In this document: piece by piece, positions 36,238-40,195 of the stretch
Position numbering within the stretch: the stretch's first letter is position 1
Layout of the letters: every line of letters starts with the position of its first letter
Assembly (NCBI RefSeq): GCF_001194135.2
Contig: NC_068989.1
Location: 66,102,718 to 66,142,912, forward strand
Length of the DNA stretch: 40,195 nt
Source: Octopus bimaculoides
Lineage: Eukaryota
Direction: 5' to 3'
The notes under the pieces: model-generated
What the model was told of the DNA's origin: nothing
What the model saw: only the letters and a program-made list of their open reading frames with translations
Database searches by the model: none
Made by a program: the position numbers and the translations under genes

Positions 36238-37406
36238 TATAGTAGTTTCGGTTTAAAGTTGACAATTTTTACATCTATATATATATTTTCTTTTCGGGAA
36301 CTGTTTGATGTATTGGTGAACGAAATCAAAGGTGTTGGAGAGAATAAAGATTAAAGATGTACTTGAGAAAACGTTAGCTGACTAGCAGGACTGGAAGTCA
36401 TCCGAATATTGGAAAGAGCTACTTGTATCATGATGATTAGCGCCGGGTATCAAAGTACCGACATCATTGACTACTGTTTAATATTCTGTTATCACGGTAA
36501 GGGCTATAAGATGTGACATAGACAACTACAAAGGAGACTATGAAGAAGTGGCCAGCAGGAAGGGACAAGGCAGGCGTCCTGACTGCTTCATCTCACCGGA
36601 CTTCAACCAACACCTGCAAGACAAGATGATGTAATATCCAAGTAAGGGAATCCAAATTTTGGCAAAAACGAGTGGGGTTGGTATCGCCACTGTAAAGCTA
36701 CCACTAATATAAGAGGCACAATGGACAAATTCTGGCAACCGGATCCAGGGAGAACAGCTTGACGAAGGCAAACAAGCTCCTGAGAAAGCTGAGGCATCTT
36801 GTTGAGCCAGGGATGATCTGGTTCTTCTGAGATGAAAAGAACGTCTGCCAGAATCAGTTCCACATCACTCAAAATAATAGGTGGCTTGCGTATCATGAAA
36901 ACTAAAGTCTCCCAAGATTTAATGGGATTTAAGTGTGTCGCCAGTGAGGGTGACGTCACACTGCTCCACATCTTCAAACAGGGCCTTAGGCTAATTTAGA
37001 CAGTTATGTGAAGCTGCCGGACACTGGTCAATAGTTAGTGGGAGATAGTTGCTGCTGAAAAACTATGTATAACAAGAAGATTCGGCTCCTTGCTTTACCT
37101 CCGCAAAGAGTCAGAAGTGGTTGTCGGAGAACTTCTACGACCTCACCGAGCTCAATATCTAGTTTCCTAATTCCCTCGGTTGTAATTGCATGGGTTAATG
37201 AGTGGGAAGCGGTTGAGAGACATTCGCCCGGTTCCAGAGCCATTTTCTAGGTAGACGTTGAGGGCAGCCACTTTGAATAAATTGTTATCTCTCAGCCATA
37301 CTCTAATTTTTTTTTTTCAATTTATCAAAATACTTTATTTTGGGATGGGATACTATGTTTTCCTTTCTTCTTATGCAAACCGTCAAAATTTAGTGCGTAT
37401 ATCCTA
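36238..37406 (+). mobile_element. Fossil DD37D (maT-type) transposon, near full length
   Basis: + strand EPGMIWFF*DEKN..NNRWLA; VASEGDV..HIFKQGLRL; QEDSAPCFTSAKSQKWLSENFYD..NI*FPNSLGCNCM(G), with 37 residues between the 2nd D and the position of the 3rd D (ggt for gat). Decayed TIR-like ends on both sides. Confidence 0.88.
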
Positions 37407-37794
37407 TATATATGCATACATGTACATATATATACTTATATAGAAATCCATATGCAAAGACATAGTCTTGTCAGCTGGAGTGATGTGTATAAATGACCTT
37501 AGATAATTGTGACACGACTCCTTCCATTACGATGAACTTTATACCCTACATTTACTGTAAGACGCTTTTTACTTGTTGGCAATGGACTCCACTTAGCAAG
37601 ACGATAATTATCTTCACATTGTAATTATTAGTGCTTGGTGATGTTTTCTTTGGCTTCCTTGCTTTCAATCTTATGCTAGTTTATAGCGTTTCTTTTATTG
37701 ATCGTCTCCATCAGAAATTCTTAGTATGTTACTTGACTTTTATTTCTGCTACCAGTTTCTAGTGATCCGCATAATGATTCACCTACATTTTTTT

Positions 37795-37832
<38 letters not shown>

Positions 37833-38399
37833 CAAAAAAATATGATTTTGCTTTAAAATTCAGGTATGTAATTATTTATTTATTTTTTAGTGCGTGCGTT
37901 GAAGAGTATTTCTTCTGTATTATCAAAATCTGTTTCATATCTTCGAAAGAAAACTATTTCCGGATTATACATGCAAACTGGATATGCTAATCGTTGTTGT
38001 ATTTTGTCTAGAGAGGACTTTTTTTCTGACCATGTGTTTTCAAAATACATTCGATTCATTCAAGTAAAGAGACATCAAATCGCCGCGGTTTTTTTACCTG
38101 CTTGTCTCTTCAGTCGAAGGTATCTGGGATTAAAGAAACTAAACATGAATCGTGGCTCTTTTATTTGCTGATACATTCTGATGAATGCAAAACCCATAAT
38201 AAATCGTCAACGTACACGGAAAACAGTGAAAGTTTACATTCTATTTTGTCGGAACATGTTAAGAATGAATAGATATGTGATTATTTTGATGTTAAATTTA
38301 TGATAATTCATTGATGTCTTTGTAAGCTCTATTGTTGGATATGATACTTTCTAATTAAAGCACAAAGTCAAACGCTTAAGAAGACGGGTTACTCAATGT

Positions 38400-38553
38400 C
38401 AACACCAGTACTTCAATGCTACTTTATCTTATCGATCTCGAAATGACGTACGGCAATGTTCACCTTGGCAGGATTTGGATTCGGAATATAAAGAACCAGG
38501 ATGATATCATAAGTCATTTCCAGACGCTCCAACGATTCCCCAGCTCACCGCTT
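38400..38553 (-). mobile_element. Type A SINE, old copy
   Basis: ccagtacttc..tcttatcgatctcgaa..caccttggcaggatttg..aacgattccccagctcaccgctt. Confidence 0.75.
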
Positions 38554-38639
38554 TTGGTTTGTATGGGTTTGTATGTCTTAGCAACGTGTACCATGCTTTC
38601 TTAATTTTTTAGCAACTTATGTAGTTGCTAGCATCTGTA

Positions 38640-38830
38640 GACATTCCGTCAGTACCCTTGCTCTTGATCCAGTAGATCATCCACGATGTAGCAACTGGGT
38701 AGAGAGTCAAAGGGTGGCAAAAGCATCCGGTTAATACTCATTACAACTCATAAGGCTGATTGCTCAGTCCCTAAATTGAATGCATGACTATCGTAATAAG
38801 ACGAACATCCTAACCACTATGTCTAGCACC
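38640..38830 (-). mobile_element. Very decayed tRNA-derived SINE
   Basis: Reverse complement begins ggtgctagacatagtggttaggatgttcg (A-box-like). Confidence 0.35.
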
Positions 38831-39338
38831 CAAACTATAATGAAAATATAACTTCATACTATAATTTTGCATCGAACATATTCTATATTTCCATCAACAC
38901 GCAGGAAATGCCGCAATATATATATATTTATTATATTTTTATTTATTCTATCAATCTACCTGCCTTTCTATCTATATCTCTATCTCAACCTATCTATTTA
39001 CCATCCGTTTGCATGTCTATAGAAATCGTTCCACACAGTAAAGACTAAAACCATCATCTATAAACATACATGCAACGAAAATAGTTATTTAACTACATAC
39101 ACACCTACGTATACCTACGCTAAAAACAATAAATAAATAACCATGATTCTATTTGTCAACAAAAGAACAATCTGCATTGAATTCCTTCGCTGTGTGTATT
39201 ATTTTGTGAGTCGCTAAAATAATATTAGAGACACAGTGATATCGTTTAAATTTTTGTTGTTTTTTTTTTTATTTACCAGCGTGATTCTGTGGTTAACAAG
39301 TTAGGAAATCTTAATGATATTTTCCACACAATTCACAG

Positions 39339-39356
39339 TGAAGCAGTTTTGCTCCA
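39339..39356 (+). CDS. Candidate 18-nt microexon TGAAGCAGTTTTGCTCCA
   Basis: cttaat branch-like site 39310-39315, ttttccacacaattcacAG acceptor, CCA|gtgagt donor; open in phase 1 (xKQFCS) or phase 2 (xEAVLL). Confidence 0.28.
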
Positions 39357-40019
39357 GTGAGTATTATTTTGTCTTGTGTAAAAAAGAATATCATGATATA
39401 CAAATTATTTCTCATAAATTTCACACTTGTAAGGGGTTTTATTATCGATTTCCCCCTGTTTTTGCTTCATGCGTGAAAGCTTCATGTTTCGAAGAGAATA
39501 TTATCCTGCAAATCACTCAGCAGTATTCAGAAATATATCAATGCAATGTCTTTGTTTAGTAAACGTTTCAATTCGTTAAGATCTCTCGTCCTACCGATAG
39601 ACCATTTCAATTCGAGAGGTTTCAACATCAATACACGTAGTCTTCACAATGCCCATTAACATATATATAAGGTCAAAAGTTGAATGTTGCTGATCTGCTG
39701 TAGGAAGAGTTCAAGACAGACAGTTATATTTTGGATATTCTCATGCGTTGGGGACCATCACGATCATCGTTTTAACGCTCAAAAAGAGGAAAAAGCAAAA
39801 AAACAAAAAAGATGTTAAAGACGGTGATTTTAATGAAGATCTTTAATGAGAATTATTTTCTATATGTTACTAGTGCTGATAGATTATGAAACAGTGAATT
39901 TCTTACGTAATGAACATAAACGTTACATTTCAAATCTCATACAGAATTTTTGTGATGCATCTTCAATAAATTACCATCTTTTGAGTCGTCGGCTCTCCAC
40001 GTCTCACCGAGTAGCCTGC

Positions 40020-40090
<71 letters not shown>
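40020..40090. repeat. (GA)n/(TG)n microsatellite
   Basis: Seen directly. Confidence 0.98.
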
Positions 40091-40091
<1 letters not shown>

Positions 40092-40195
40092 AAAACACAG
40101 AGATGGGGAAGAAGCAGACAGAGAGCGATTAAGATAAACCCTGAGGTGAAGGAAATATATAATTACTCTCTCTATCTCTCTCTCTCTCTCTCTCT

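Noticed and set aside
37715-37723. 9-nt microexon candidate catcAG|AAATTCTTA|gtatgt
   Set aside because: Such short AG..GT patterns arise often by chance; no clear branch point or UGC.
37890-38171. 93-aa + strand ORF after a strong acceptor (tttatttattttttAG)
   Set aside because: GTG start, no recognisable motif, and the antisense frame is also open for about 59 codons, which suggests chance. Could be revisited as a terminal exon if RNA-seq supports it.
38177-38200. CTGATGA hammerhead-like box
   Set aside because: No stem II and no GAAA downstream.

Overview
AT-rich, microsatellite-saturated eukaryotic DNA. The SINE families and repeat spectrum suggest octopus or another coleoid cephalopod; this is an inference and no database was searched. 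Twelve N-gaps cover about 4.4 kb, mostly at (TA)n arrays. No complete protein-coding gene is visible, and nearly all long ORFs in the track are microsatellite or N artefacts. The window reads as intronic or intergenic DNA carrying about 17 tRNA-derived SINE copies of four types and three fossil IS630-Tc1-mariner transposons whose catalytic spacing is still countable (DD34D mariner, DD41D rosa/Visitor, DD37D maT). It also holds four R4/Dong-like non-LTR fragments beside TAA-type arrays, a Tx1/L1-like 3' end and Penelope-like remnants. The best leads are: a near-intact minimal type I hammerhead ribozyme (minus strand, 26803-26856); four unrelated 100-140 nt fold-back hairpins (one with a + strand G-U bias, one with a perfect 38-bp stem); a candidate 18-nt microexon with branch point, UGC motif and strong splice sites (18226-18243); and locally copied DNA patches inside SINEs. 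Nothing here is proven to be a new system; these are testable leads.
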